Source: Eledone cirrhosa
Taxonomy: Eukaryota
Direction of reading: 5' to 3'
Length of the DNA stretch: 64,000 nucleotides
Assembly: GCA_964016885.1 (NCBI GenBank)
Contig: OZ024744.1
Span: 56,854,001 to 56,918,000, forward strand
The notes under the pieces are model-generated. The model ran no database searches, was not told the DNA's origin, and saw only the letters and a list, made by a program, of their open reading frames with translations. Shown piece by piece: positions 1 to 16,325 of the stretch (positions are counted from its first letter, which is position 1; each line of letters starts with the position of its first letter). Made by a program: the position numbers and the translations under genes.

Positions 1-3000
1 CTACCAACACTACCAACACTACCAATACTACCAACACTACCAACACTACCAACACTACCAACACTACCAATACTACCAACACTATCAACACTACCAACAC
101 TACCAACACTGCCAACACTACCAACACTACCAACACTACCAACACTACCAACACTACCAATACTACCAACACTACCAACACCACTAACACTATCAACACT
201 ACCAACACTACCAACACTACCAACACTACCAACACTACCAACACTACCAACACTACCAACACTACCAACACTACCAACACTATCAACACTATCAACACTA
301 CCAACACTACTAACACTACCAACACTAGTAACACTACCAACACTACCAACACTACCAACACTACCAACACTACCAACACTACCAACACTACCAACACTAC
401 CAACACTACCAACACTACCAACACTACCAACACTACCAACACTACCAACACTACCAACACTACCAACACTACCCACACTACCAACACTACCAACACTACC
501 AACACTACCAACACTACCAACACTACCCACACTACCAACACTATCAACACTACCCACACTACCAACACTACCCACACTACCAACACTATCAACACTACCC
601 ACACTACCAACACTACCAACACTACCAACACTACCAACACTACCAACACTACCAACACTATCAACACTACCAACACTACCAACACTACCAACACTACCAA
701 CACTACCAACACTATCAACACTACCAACACTACCAACACTACCAACACTACCAACACTACCAACACTACCAACACTACCAACACTACCAACACTACCAAC
801 ACTACCAACACTATCAACAGTACCAACACTACTAATACTACCAACACTACCAACACTACCAACACTACCAACACTACTAATACTACCAATACTACCAACA
901 CTACCAACACTACCAACACTACCAACACTAACAACACTACCGACACTACCAACACTACCAACACTATCAACACTACCAACACTACCAACACTACCAGCAC
1001 TACCAACACTACCAACACTATCAACACTACCACCACTACCAACACTATCAACACTACCAACACTACCAACACTACCAACACTACCAACACTACCAACACT
1101 ACCAACACTACCAACACTACCAACACTACCAACACTACCAACACTACTAACACTACCAACACTATCAACACTACCAACACTACCAACACTACCAACACTA
1201 CCAACACTACCAACACTACCAACACTACCAACACTACAAACACTACCAACACTACTAACACTACCAACACTACCAACACTACCAACACTACCAACACTAC
1301 TAACACTACCAACACTACCAACACTACCAACACTACCAACACTACCAACACAACCAACACTATCAACACTACCCACACTACCAACACTATCAACACTACC
1401 AACACTACCAACAGTACCAACACTACCCACACTACCAACACTACCAACACTACCAACACTACCAACACTACCAACACTACCAACACTACCAACACTACTA
1501 ACACTACCAACACTATCAACACTACCAACACTACCAACACTACCAAAACTACCAGCACTACCAACACTACCAACACTACAAACACTACCAACACTACCAA
1601 CACTACCAACACTACCAACACTACCAACACTACTAACACTACCAACACTACCAACACTACCAACACTACCAACACTACCAACACTACCAACACTACCCAC
1701 ACTACCAACACTACCAACACTACCAACACTACCAACACTACCAACACTACCCACACTACCAACACTATCAACACTACCCACACTACCAACACTACCCACA
1801 CTACCAACACTATCAACACTACCCACACTACCAACACTACCAACACTACCAACACTACCAACACTACCAACACTACCAACACTATCAACACTACCAACAC
1901 TACCAACACTACCAACACTACCAACACTACCAACACTATCAACACTACCAACACTACCAACACTACCAACACTACCAACACTACCAACACTACCAACACT
2001 ACCAACACTACCAACACTACCAACACTACCAACACTACCAACACTATCAACACTACCAACACTACCAACACTACCAACACTACCAACACTACCAACACTA
2101 CCAACACTACCAACACTATAAAAACTACCAACACTACCAACACTATCAACACTACCAACACTACCAACACTACCAACACTACCAAGACTACCAACACTAT
2201 CAACACTACCAACACTACCAACACTACCAACACTACCAACACTACCAACACTACTAACACTACCAACACTATCAACACTACCAACACTACCAACACTACC
2301 AACACTCCCAACACTACCAACACTACCAACAATACCAACACTACCAACACTACCAACACTACCAACACTACCAACACTACCAACAGTACCAACACTACCC
2401 ACACTACCAACACTACCAACACTACCAACACTACCAACACTACCAACACTACCAACACTACCCACACTACCAACACTACCAACACTACCAACACTACCAA
2501 CACTATCAACACTACCAACACTACCAACACTACTAACACTATCAACACTACCAACACTACCAACACTACCAACACTACCAACACTACCAACACTATCAAC
2601 ACTACCAACTCTACCAACACTACCAACACTACCAACACTACCAACACTACCAACACTATCAACACTATCAACACTACCAACACTACCAATACTACCAACA
2701 CTACTATTACTACCAACACTATCAACACTACCAACACTATCAACACTACCAACACTACCAACACTACCAACACTATGAACACTACCAACACTACTAACAC
2801 TACCAACACTACCAACACTACCAACACTACTAATACTACCAACACTACCAACACTACCAACACTACCAACACTACCAACACTACCAACACTACCAACACT
2901 ATCAACACTACCAACACAACCAACACTACCAACACTACCAACACTACCAACACTACCAACACTACCAATACTACCAACACTACCAACACTACCAACACTA

Positions 3001-6000
3001 CCAACACTACCAATACTACCAACACTATCAACACTACCAACACTACCAACACTGCCAACACTACCAACACTACCAACACTACCAACACTACCAACACTAC
3101 CAATACTACCAACACTACCAACACCACTAACACTATCAACACTACCAACACTACCAACACTACCAACACTACCAACACTACCAACACTACCAACACTACC
3201 AACACTACCAACACTACCAACACTATCAACACTATCAACACTACCAACACTACTAACACTACCAACACTAGTAACACTACCAACACTACCAACACTACCA
3301 ACACTACCAACACTACCAACACTATCAACAGTACCAACACTACTAATACTACCAACACTACCAACACTACCAACACTACCAACACTACTAATACTACCAA
3401 TACTACCAACACTACCAACACTACCAACACTATCAACACTACCAACACTACCAACACTACCAACACTACCAACACTACCAACACTACCAACACTATCAAC
3501 ACTACCAACACTACCAACACTACCCACACTACCAACACTACCAACACTACCAACACTACCAACACTAACAACACTACCAACACTACCAACACTACCAACA
3601 CTATCAACACTATCAACACTACCAACACTACTAACACTACCAACACTACTAACACTACCAACACTACCAACACTACCAACACTACCAACACTACCAACAC
3701 TACTAATACTACCAATACTACCAACACTACCAACACTACCAACACTATCAACACTACCAACACTACTAATACTACCAATACTACCAACACTACCAACACT
3801 ACCAACACTATCAACACTACCAACACTACCAACACTACCAACACTACCAACACTACTAATACTACCAATACTACCAACACTACCAACACTACCAACACTA
3901 TCAACACTACCAACACTACCAACACTACCAACACTACCAACACTACCAACACAACTAATACTACCAACACTATCAACACTACCAACACAATCAACACTAC
4001 CAACACTACCAACACTACCAACACGACCAACACTATCAACACTACCAACACTACCAACACTACCAACACTACCAACACTATCAACACTACCAACACTATC
4101 AACACTACCAACACTACTAATACTACCAACATTACCAACACTACCAACACTACCAACACTACCAACACTATCAACACTATCAACTCTACCAACACTACTA
4201 ATACTACCAACACTACCAACACTACCAACACTACCAACACTACTAATACTACCAACACTACCAACACTACCAACACTACCAACACTATCAACACTACCAA
4301 CACTACCAACACTACCAACACTACCAACACTACCAACACTACTAATACTACCAACACTATCAACACTACCAACACTATCAACACTACCAACACTACCAAC
4401 ACTACCAACACTACCAACACTATCAACACTACCAACACTACCAACACTACCAACACTACCAACACTACCAACACAACCAACACTACCAACACTACCAACA
4501 CTACCAACACTACCAACACTACCAACACTACCAACACTACCAACACTACCAACACTACCAACACTACCAACACTACCAACACTATCAACACTACCAACAC
4601 TACCAACACTACCAACACTACCAACACTACCAACACTACCAACACTATCAACACTACCAACACTACCAACACTACCAACACTACCAACACTATCAACACT
4701 ACCAACACTAACAACACTACCAACACTACCAACACTACCAACACTATCAACACTACCAACACTACCAACACTACCAACACTACCAACACTACCAACACTA
4801 TCAACACTACCAACACTACCAACACTATCAACACTACCAACACTACCAACACTACCAACACTACCAACACTACCAACACTACCAACACTACCAACACTAC
4901 CAACACTACCAACACTACTAACACTACCAACACTATCAACACTACCAACACTACCAACACTACCAACACTACCAACACTACCAACACTACTAACACTACC
5001 AACACTACTAACACTACCAACACTATCAACACTACCAACACTACCCACACTACCAACACTACCAACACTACCAACACTACCAACAGTACCAACACTACCC
5101 ACACTACCAACACTACCAACACTACCAACACTACCAACACTACCAACACTACTAACACTACCAACACTATCAACACTACCAACACTACCAACACTACCAA
5201 CACTACCAACACTACCAACACTACCAACACTACAAACACTACCAACACTACTAACACTACCAACACTACCAACACTACCAACACTTCCAACACTACTAAC
5301 ACTACCAACACTACCAACACTACCAACACTACCAACACTACCAACACTACCAACACTACCAACACTACCAACACTACCAACACTATCAACACTACCAACA
5401 CTATCAACACTACCAACACTACCAACACTACCAACACTACCAACACTACCAACACTATCAACACTACCAACACTACCAACACTACCAATACTACCAACAC
5501 TACTAATACTACCAACACTATCAACACTACCAACACTATCAACACTACCAACACTACCAACACTACCAACACTATGAACACTACCAACACTACCAACACT
5601 ACCAACACTACCAACACTACCAACACTACTAATACTACCAACACTACCAACACTACCAACACTACCAACACTACCAACACTACCAACACTATCAACACTA
5701 CCAACACTATCAACACTACCAACACTACCAACACTACCAACACTACCAACACTACCAACACTACCAACACTACCAATACTACCAACACTACCAACACTAC
5801 CAACACTACCAACACTACCAACACTACCAATACTACCAACACTATCAACACTACCAACACTGCCAACACTGCCAACACTACCAACACTACCAACACTACC
5901 AACACTACCAACACTACCAATACTACCAACACTACCAACACCACTAACACTATCAACACTACCAACACTACCAACACTACCAACACTACCAACACTACCA

Positions 6001-9000
6001 ACACTACCAACACTACTAACACTATCAACACTACCAACACTATCAACACTATCAACCTACCAACACTACCAACACTACCTACACTATCAACACTATCAAC
6101 CTACCAACACTACCAACACTACCAACACTACCAACACTACCAACACTACCAACACTACCAACACTACTAACACTATCAACACTACCAACACTATCAACAC
6201 TATCAACCTACCAACACTACCAACACTACCAACACTATCAAGACTATCAACACTACCAACACTACTAATACTACCAACACTACCAACACTACCAACACTA
6301 CCAACACTACCAACACTATCAACACTACCAACACTATCAACACTACCAACACTACCAACACTACCAACACTACCAACACTACTAACACTACCAACACTAT
6401 CAACACTACCCACACTACCAACACTACCAACACTACCAACACTACCAACACTACCAACACTACCAACACTACCAACACTACCAACACTACCAACACTACC
6501 AACACTACCCACACTAGCAACACTACCAACACTACTAACACTACCAACAGTACCAACACTACCAACACTACCAACAGTACCAACACTACCAACACTACCA
6601 ACACTACCAACACTATCAACACTACCAACACTAACAACACTACCAACACTACCAACACTACCAACACTATCAACACTACCAACACTACCAACACTACCAA
6701 CACTACCAACACTACCAACACTATCAACACTACCAACACTACCAACACTATCAACACTACCAACACTACCAACACTACCATCACTACCAACACTACCAAC
6801 ACTACCAACACTACCAACACTACCAACACTACCAACACTACCAACACTACCAACACTACTAACACTACCAACACTATCAACACTACCAACACTACCAACA
6901 CTACCAACACTACCAACACTACCAACACTACTAACACTACCAACACTACTAACACTACCAACACTATCAACACTACCAACACTACCCACACTACCAACAC
7001 TACCAACACTACCAACACTACCAACAGTACCAACACTACCCACACTACCAACACTACCAACACTACCAACACTACCAACACTACCAACACTACCAACACT
7101 ACTAACACTACCAACACTATCAACACTACCAACACTACCAACACTACCAACACTACCAACACTACCAACACTACCAACACTACAAACACTACCAACACTA
7201 CTAACACTACCAACACTACCAACACTACCAACACTTCCAACACTACTAACACTACCAACACTACCAACACTACCAACACTACCAACACTACCAACACTAC
7301 CAACACTACCAACACTACCAACACTACCAACACTACCAACACTACCAACACTACCAACACTACCAACACTACCAACACTACCAACACTACCCACACTACC
7401 AACACTACCAACACTACCAACACTACCAACACTACCAACACTACCAACACTACCAACAGTACCAACACTACCAACACTACCAACACTACCAACACTACCA
7501 ACACTACCAACACTATCAACACTACCAACACTACCAACACTACCCACACTACCAACACTACCAACACCACTAACACTATCAACACTACCAACACTACCAA
7601 CACTACCAACACTATCAACACTACCAACACTATCAACACTATCAACCTACCAACACTACCAACACTACCAACACTATCAACACTATCAACCTACCAACAC
7701 TACCAACACTACCAACACTACCAACACTACTAATACTACCAACACTACCAACACTACCAACACTACCAACACTACCAACACTACCAACACTACCAATACT
7801 ACCAACACTATCAACACTACCAACACTACCAACACTACCAACACTACCAACACTACCAACACTACCAACACTACCAACACTACCAACACTACCAACACTA
7901 CCAACACTACCAACACTACCAATACTACCAACACTATCAACACTACCAACACTACCAACACTACCAACACTACCAACACTACCAACACTACCAATACTAC
8001 CAACACTATCAACACTACCAACACTATCAACACTACCAACACTACCAACACTACCAACACTACCAACACTACCAACACTACCAACACTACCAACACTACC
8101 AACACTACCAATACTACCAACACTACCAACACTACCAACACTACCAACACTACCAATACTACCAACACTATCAACACTACCAACACTACCAACACTGCCA
8201 ACACTACCAACACTACCAACACTACCAACACTACCAACACTACCAATACTACCAACACTACCAACACCACTAACACTATCAACACTACCAACACTACCAA
8301 CACTACCAACACTACCAACACTACCAACACTACCAACACTACCAACACTACCAACACTACCAACACTACCAACACTACCAACACTACCAACACTATCAAC
8401 ACTATCAACACTACCAACACTACTAACACTACCAACACTAGTAACACTACCAACACTACCAACACTACCAACACTACCAACACTACCAACACTATCAACA
8501 GTACCAACACTACTAATACTACCAACACTACCAACACTACCAACACTACCAACACTACTAATACTACCAATACTACCAACACTACCAACACTACCAACAC
8601 TATCAACACTACCAACACTACCAACACTACCAACACTACCAACACTACCAACACTACCAACACTACCAACACTACCAACACTACCAACACTACCAATACT
8701 ACCAACACTACCAACACTACTAATACTACCAATACTACCAACACTACCAACACTACCAACACTACCAACACTACCAACACTACCAACACTACCAACACTA
8801 CCAACACTACCAACACTATCAACACTACCAACACTACCAACACTACCAACACTACCAACACTGCCAACACTACCAACACTACCAACACTACCAACACTAC
8901 CAACACTACCAATACTACCAACACTACCAACACCACTAACACTATCAACACTACCAACACTACCAACACTACCCACACTACCAACACTACCAACACTACC

Positions 9001-12000
9001 AACACTACCAACACTAACAACACTACCAACACTATCAACACTACCAACACTACCAACACTACCGACACTATCAACAGTACCAACACTACTAATACTACCA
9101 ACACTACCAACACTACCAACACTATCAACAGTACCAACACTACTAATACTACTAACACTACCAACACTACCAACACTACCAACACTACTAATACTACCAA
9201 TACTACCAACACTACCAACACTACCAACACTATCAACACTACCAACACTACCAACACTACCAACACTACCAACACTACCAACACTACCAACACTATCAAC
9301 ACTACCAACACTACCAACACTACCCACACTACCAACACTACCAACACTACCAACACTACCAACACTACCAACACTATCAACACTATCAACACTACCAACA
9401 CTACTAACACTACCAACACTACTAACACTACCAACACTACCAACACTACCAACACTACCAACACTACCAACACTATCAACAGTACCAACACTACTAATAC
9501 TACCAACACTACCAACACTACCAACACTACCAACACTACCAACACTACCAACACTATCAACACTACTAATACTACCAACACTATCAACACTACCAACACA
9601 ATCAACACTACCAACACTACCAACACTACCAACACTACCAACACTATCAACACTACCAACACTACCAACACTACCAACACTACCAACACTATCAACACTA
9701 CCAACACTATCAACACTACCAACACTACTAATACTACCAACATTACCAACACTACCAACACTACCAACACTACCAACACTATCAACACTATCAACTCTAC
9801 CAACACTACTAATACTACCAACACTACCAACACTACCAACACTACCAACACTACTAATACTACCAACACTACCAACACTACCAACACTACCAACACTATC
9901 AACACTACCAACACTACCAACACTACCAACACTACCAACACTACCAACACTACTAATACTACCAACACTATCAACACTACCAACACTATCAACACTACCA
10001 ACACTACCAACACTACCAACACTACCAACACTATCAACACTACCAACACTACCAACACTACCAACACTACCAACACTACCAACACAATCAACACTACCAA
10101 CACTACCAACACTACCAACACTACCAACACTACCAACACTACCAACACTACCAACACTACCAACACTACCAACACTACCAACACTATCAACACTACCAAC
10201 ACTACCAACACTACCAACACTACCAACACTACCAACACTACCAACACTATCAACACTACCAACACTACCAACACTACCAACACTACCAACACTATCAACA
10301 CTACCAACACTAACAACACTACCAACACTACCAACACTACCAACACTATCAACACTACCAACACTACCAACACTACCAACACTACCAACACTACAAACAC
10401 TATCAACACTACCAACACTACCAACACTATCAACACTACCAACACTACCAACACTACCAACACTACCAACACTACCAACACTACCAACACTACCAACACT
10501 ACCAACACTACCAACACTACCAACACTACCAACACTACTAACACTACCAACACTATCAACACTACCAACACTACCAACACTACCAACACTACCAACACTA
10601 CCAACACTACTAACACTACCAACACTACTAACACTACCAACACTATCAACACTACCAACACTACCCACACTACCAACACTACCATCACTACCAACACTAC
10701 CAACAGTACCAACACTACCCACACTACCAACACTACCAACACTACCAACACTACCAACACTACCAACACTACTAACACTACCAACACTATCAACACTACC
10801 AACACTACCAACACTACCAACACTACCAACACTACCAACACTACCAACACTACAAACACTACCAACACTACTAACACTACCAACACTACCAACACTACCA
10901 ACACTACCAACACTACTAACACTACCAACACTACCAACACTACCAACACTACCAACACTACCAACACTACCAACACTACCAACACTACCAACACTACCAA
11001 CACTATCAACACTACCAACACTATCAACACTACCAACACTACCAACACTACCAACACTACCAACACTACCAACACTATCAACACTACCAACACTACCAAC
11101 ACTACCAATACTACCAACACTACTAATACTACCAACACTATCAACACTACCAACACTATCAACACTACCAACACTACCAACACTACCAACACTATGAACA
11201 CTACCAACACTACCAACACTACCAACACTACCAACACTACCAACACTACTAATACTACCAACACTACCAACACTACCAACACTACCAACACTACCAACAC
11301 TACCAACACTACCAACACTATCAACACTACCAACACTATCAACACTACCAACACTACCAACACTACCAACACTACCAACACTACCAACACTACCAACACT
11401 ACCAATACTACCAACACTACCAACACTACCAACACTACCAACACTACCAACACTACCAATACTACCAACACTATCAACACTACCAACACTGCCAACACTG
11501 CCAACACTACCAACACTACCAACACTACCAACACTACCAACACTACCAATACTACCAACACTACCAACACCACTAACACTACCAACACTACCAACACTAC
11601 CAACACTACCAACACTACCAACACTACCAACACTACTAACACTATCAACACTATCAACCTACCAACACTACCAACACTACCAACACTATCAAGACTATCA
11701 ACCTACCAACACTACCAACACTACCAACACTACCAACACTACCAACACTACTAATACTACCAACACTACCAACACTACCAACACTACCAACACTACCAAC
11801 ACTATCAACACTACCAACACTATCAACACTACCAACACTACCAACACTACCAACACTACCAACACTACTAACACTACCAACACTATCAACACTACCCACA
11901 CTACCAACACTACCAACACTACCAACACTACCAACACTACCAACACTACCAACACTACCAACACTACCAACACTACCCACACTACCAACACTACCAACAC

Positions 12001-12960
12001 TACCAACACTACCAACACTACCAACACTACCAACACTACCAACAGTACCAACACTACCAACACTACCAACACTACCAACACTACCAACACTACCAACACT
12101 ATCAACACTACCAACACTACCAACACTACCCACACTACCAACACTACCAACACCACTAACACTATCAACACTACCAACACTACCAACACTACCAACACTA
12201 TCAACACTACCAACACTATCAACACTATCAACCTACCAACACTACCAACACTACCAACACTATCAACACTACCAACACTACCAATACTACCAACACTATC
12301 AACACTACCAACACTACCAATACTACCAACACTACCAACACTACCAACACTACCAACACTATCAACACTACCAACACTACCAATACTACCAACACTACCA
12401 ACACTACCAACACTACCAACACTACCAACACTACCAACACTACCAATACTACCAACACTATCAACACTACCAACACTACCAACACTACCAACACTACCAA
12501 CACTACCAACACTACCAACACTACCAACACTACCAACACTACCAACACTACCAATACTACCAACACTATCAACACTACCAACACTACCAACACTACCAAC
12601 ACTACCAACACTACCAATACTACCAACACTATCAACACTACCAACACTATCAACACTACCAACACTACCAACACTACCAACACTACCAACACTACCAACA
12701 CTACCAACACTACCAATACTACCAACACTACCAACACTACCAACACTACCAACACTACCAATACTACCAATACTACCAACACTACCAACACTACCAACAC
12801 TACCAACACTACCAACACTACCAATACTACCAACACTACCAACACTACCAACACTACTAACACTATCAACACTACCAACACTATCAACACTATCAACCTA
12901 CCAACACTACCATCACCATCTCCACCAACACTACCAACACTACCAACACCACTAACACTA
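1..12960. repeat. 9-bp tandem array (ACTACCAAC)n, >12.9 kb, runs off the left edge
   Basis: Continuous 9-nt period with recurrent variants (ACTATCAAC, ACTACTAAC, ACTACCAAT, ACTACCCAC, AGTACCAAC) and nine 8-nt deletion units. The + strand is almost G-free. Confidence 0.99.
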
Positions 12961-13200
12961 TCAACCCTATCAACAATACTAACTCACCAACACTACCAGC
13001 CATCCAACCAACTCTATCAACACTACCATTATCATGAACATCACTACAACCAACACCAACTCCCCCAACACTACCATTATCATCACAAACACCAACACCA
13101 ACTATAACACTGACATCACCAACATCACCACCACCAACAACAACAACACTACCAACACCAACACCTGCAACAACAGCAGCAACAATATCAGCAGCTAAAC
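12901..13200. repeat. Degenerate CAA/CAC/CAT-rich low-complexity tail of the array
   Basis: The 9-mer decays gradually into mixed triplets (acaacaac, caccacca, cagcagca) before unique sequence at ~13200. Confidence 0.85.
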
Positions 13201-13448
13201 AGTTAGTTTTGAAATATTTAGTGGTTAGTCCTGATTGATGCAACAGTGAAACTCTGTAATATCTCATTAGTAACAACCACCACAACAAGTAAAGGTGAAA
13301 GATGCTAGCGATGCAGGCTAAGAAGGATTACAAAGAAGCTGTTGATCTGCTAAATTTCTTTTTCTTCACCTTGTTGGTTCCATCCCACCCTAAACCAGCT
13401 CTGGTTCTATGAAACAAAAACCACCTATTTTAAAGGAATTGTGTTTAA

Positions 13449-13870
13449 CCATTTAGCATTCACATTATTCTATATTTTCTAGGTAAAGGCTTTATCTCAC
13501 ATAATTATCTCACATGATATCGAATCTGTGAGATTTTGATTATTATTTATTTTGAGAACAATACCTTAAAGACAGTATGAGTGGCCAGTTACAGCCAGTT
13601 TGAACAGAAAGAGGTTAGAGAATTCAGGCCAGATATGGTCGGTTTAAATGCTCTAACATTTTACATTACTTTATATTTACTATTATATTTTGATGGCAAA
13701 GGCTTTACGTCACAGAATTATCTCACATAATATGGAATCTATGAGATATTGATAATATTTATTTTGAGAACGATACCTTAACATCAGTATTTGTGGCCAG
13801 TTACAGCCAGTTTGAACAGAAAGAGGTGAGAGAATTCTGGCCGGATATGGCCGGTTTAAATACTAAAGGA
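13449..13870 (+). mobile_element. TTAA-flanked (piggyBac-type) MITE, head-to-tail dimer
   Basis: TTAA|CCATTTAGCATT ... AATACTAAAGGA|TTAA with two tandem ~210-bp copies. Same family at 23902-24121 and 28489-28709. Confidence 0.75.
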
Positions 13871-14016
13871 TTAAATGAAAATCTTCCAAAATAATTTAAT
13901 ATAAGAACCTTTTGTTAAGTTATGTTACAAATATCATCATAATAACCAGAATCAATAATTTAATAATTTCAGCAAATACCTCCAAATATTTTATTAATTA
14001 ATTCAAATATAGAATA

Positions 14017-14229
14017 CAACGTGTTTCAAAAAATTTAATATCATTTTGAGATGTAAATTTCCCAGAAACTACAAGCTCTAGAACAACGAGACTAAGCAGG
14101 CTCCATGTTGAGTAACACAAGATTTATTCCTCAAAACATGTCCACATTATAACATTAATTCACAATATATATTTCAATGTGACAACCTTGGGATCCGGCC
14201 ATTGATATCAAATTTTTTGAAACAGCCTG
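14017..14229. mobile_element. Tc1/mariner-type MITE
   Basis: ~28-bp imperfect TIRs (CAACGTGTTTCAAAAAATTTAATATCAT and, reverse-complemented, CAGGCTGTTTCAAAAAATTTGATATCAA) flanked by TA on both sides. Confidence 0.75.
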
Positions 14230-14249
14230 TATATATATATATATATATA

Positions 14250-14420
14250 GTTGGAGGGTCTGTGGTTTTTCTCACATCTGTGAGAAAAACCACAGACCCT
14301 CCATCTCAACTCTACTTTTGAAAAGCAGAAGAACTGCGAAACCGGCAAAGGAACCAAATAAATATATATTTTTTTTTTTAAAATAAGACTCCAGTTGCAT
14401 TTTCGATTTCATCTTTTTCT

Positions 14421-14425
<5 letters not shown>
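14250..14425 (+). mobile_element. Short Penelope-like fragment with 5' fold-back hairpin
   Basis: Perfect 25-bp inverted arms 14252-14276/14279-14303, a degenerate hammerhead-like CAGAAGA..GAAACCGG, AATAAA, and (TA)n on both sides. Confidence 0.55.
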
Positions 14426-14480
<55 letters not shown>

Positions 14481-14599
14481 TAAGAAGAGGATTAAATGAA
14501 GCTGTGAGGAATAAGGCGGCATCATTGTTAGCTAATAGAACAGGAGAAGATAACTTATCTTGATAGGCACTGAGAGATTGTTTGTGTGTCTGTATAAAT

Positions 14600-16325
14600 A
14601 TATGTCTGTGTCACAGTGTGTATGTCTCACAGTGTGTGTGTGTCACAGTGTGTATGTCACAGGGTGGTGTATGTCACAGTGTGTATATCACAGTGTGTGT
14701 GTCACAGTGTGTATGTCACAGCACAGTGTGTGTGTCACAGTGTGTATGTCACAGTATGTGTGTCACAGTGTGTGTGTCAGTGTGTATATCATAGTGTGTG
14801 TGTGTCACAGTGTGTATGTCACCGTGTGTGTCACAGTGTGTATGTCACTGTGTATATCACAGTGTGTGTATCAAAGTGTGTGTGTCACAGTGTGTGTATC
14901 ACAGTGTGTGTATCACAGTGTGTGTGTCACTGTGTATATCACAGTGTGTGTAACAGTGTGTGTGTTACTCTGTGTGTCACAGTGTATGTGTCATAGTGTG
15001 TATTTCACAGTGTGTCACAGTGTGTGTGTCACAGTGTGTGTGTCGCAGTGTGTGTCACTGTGGTGTCACTGTGTGTGTCACAGTGTGTATATCACAGTGT
15101 GTGTGTCACAGTGTGTATGTCCCAGTATGTGTGTCACAGTGTGTGTGTCACAGTGTGTATGTCATAGTGTGTGTGTGTCACAGTGTGTATGTCACAGTGT
15201 GTGTCACAGTGTGTATGTCACTGTGTATGTCACAGTGTGTATATCACAGTGTGTGTATCAAAGTGTGTGTATCACAGTGTGTGTGCCACAGTGTGTGTGA
15301 CAGTGTGTGTGTCACAGTGTGTGTATCACAGTGTGTGTGTCTCTGTGTGTGTGTCACAGTGTGTGTGACAGTGTGTGTGTTACAGTGTGTATGTCAGAGT
15401 GTGTATGTCACAGTATGTCTCTCAGTGTGTGTTCCTGTCACAGTGTGTTCCTGTCACAGTGTGTATGTCACTGTGTGTATGTCAGTGTGTGTGTGTCACA
15501 ATATGTATGTCACAGTGTGTGTGGCACAGTGTGTATGTCACAGTGTGTGTGTCTCACAGTGTGTGTTTCATAGTTTGTGTCACAGTGTGTGTGTCACAGT
15601 GTGTATGTCACAGTGTAGTGTATGTCACAGTGTGTGTGTCACAGTGTGTTTGTCAGAGTGTGTATGTCACAGTGTGTGTGTGTCACAGTGTGTATGTCAC
15701 AGTGTGTATGTCACAGTGTGTATGTCACAGTGTGTGTGTCACAGTGTGTATGTCAGTGTGGGTGTCACAGTGTGTACGTCACACTGTGTATGTCACAGTG
15801 TGTATGTCACAGTGTGTGTGTCACAGTCTGTATGTCAGTATGTGTGTCACAGTGTTTATGTCGCAGTGTGTGTCACAGTGTGTATGTCACAGTGTGTGTC
15901 ACAGTGTGTATGTCACAGTGTGTGTGTCACAGTGTGTATGTCACAGTGTGTGTGTTACAGTGTGTATGTCATAGTGTGTATGTCACAGTGTGTGTGTGTC
16001 ACACTGTGTATGTCAGTGTGTGTATGTCACAGTGTGTGTGCCTGTCACAGTGTGTATGTCACAGTGTGTAAGTCACAGTGTGTATATCACAGTGTGTATG
16101 TCACAGTGTGTATGTCACAGTGTGTGTCACAGTGTGTGTCACAGTGTGTCACAGTGTGTCACAGTGTGTATGTCACAGTGTGTATGTCACAGTGTGTGTG
16201 TGTCACAGTGTGTCTCACAGTGTGTATGTCACAGTGTGTGTCACAGTGTCTATCTCACAGTGTGTGTCACAGTGTGTGTGTGTCACATTGTGTGTGTCAC
16301 AGTGTGTATGTCACAGTGTGTGTAT
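14600..16325. repeat. Variable-length satellite GTCACA(GT)n / GTCACAGTGTGTAT, ~10-18 bp units
   Basis: ~1.7 kb of tandem GTCACAGTGTG... units. It explains all C/V/S/Q-rich ORFs at 14560-16525. Confidence 0.97.

Noticed and set aside
2775-12896. Long ORFs (NTT, VGS, VVL repeats, up to 1323 aa) as real genes
   Set aside because: These are products of a stop-poor 9-bp repeat, open on both strands, broken by recurrent 1-nt deletions, with no unique domain or signal peptide.
1-12900. Telomeric repeat
   Set aside because: The unit GTTGGTAGT is strand-skewed but is not TTAGGG, and it carries many fixed variants and higher-order duplications.
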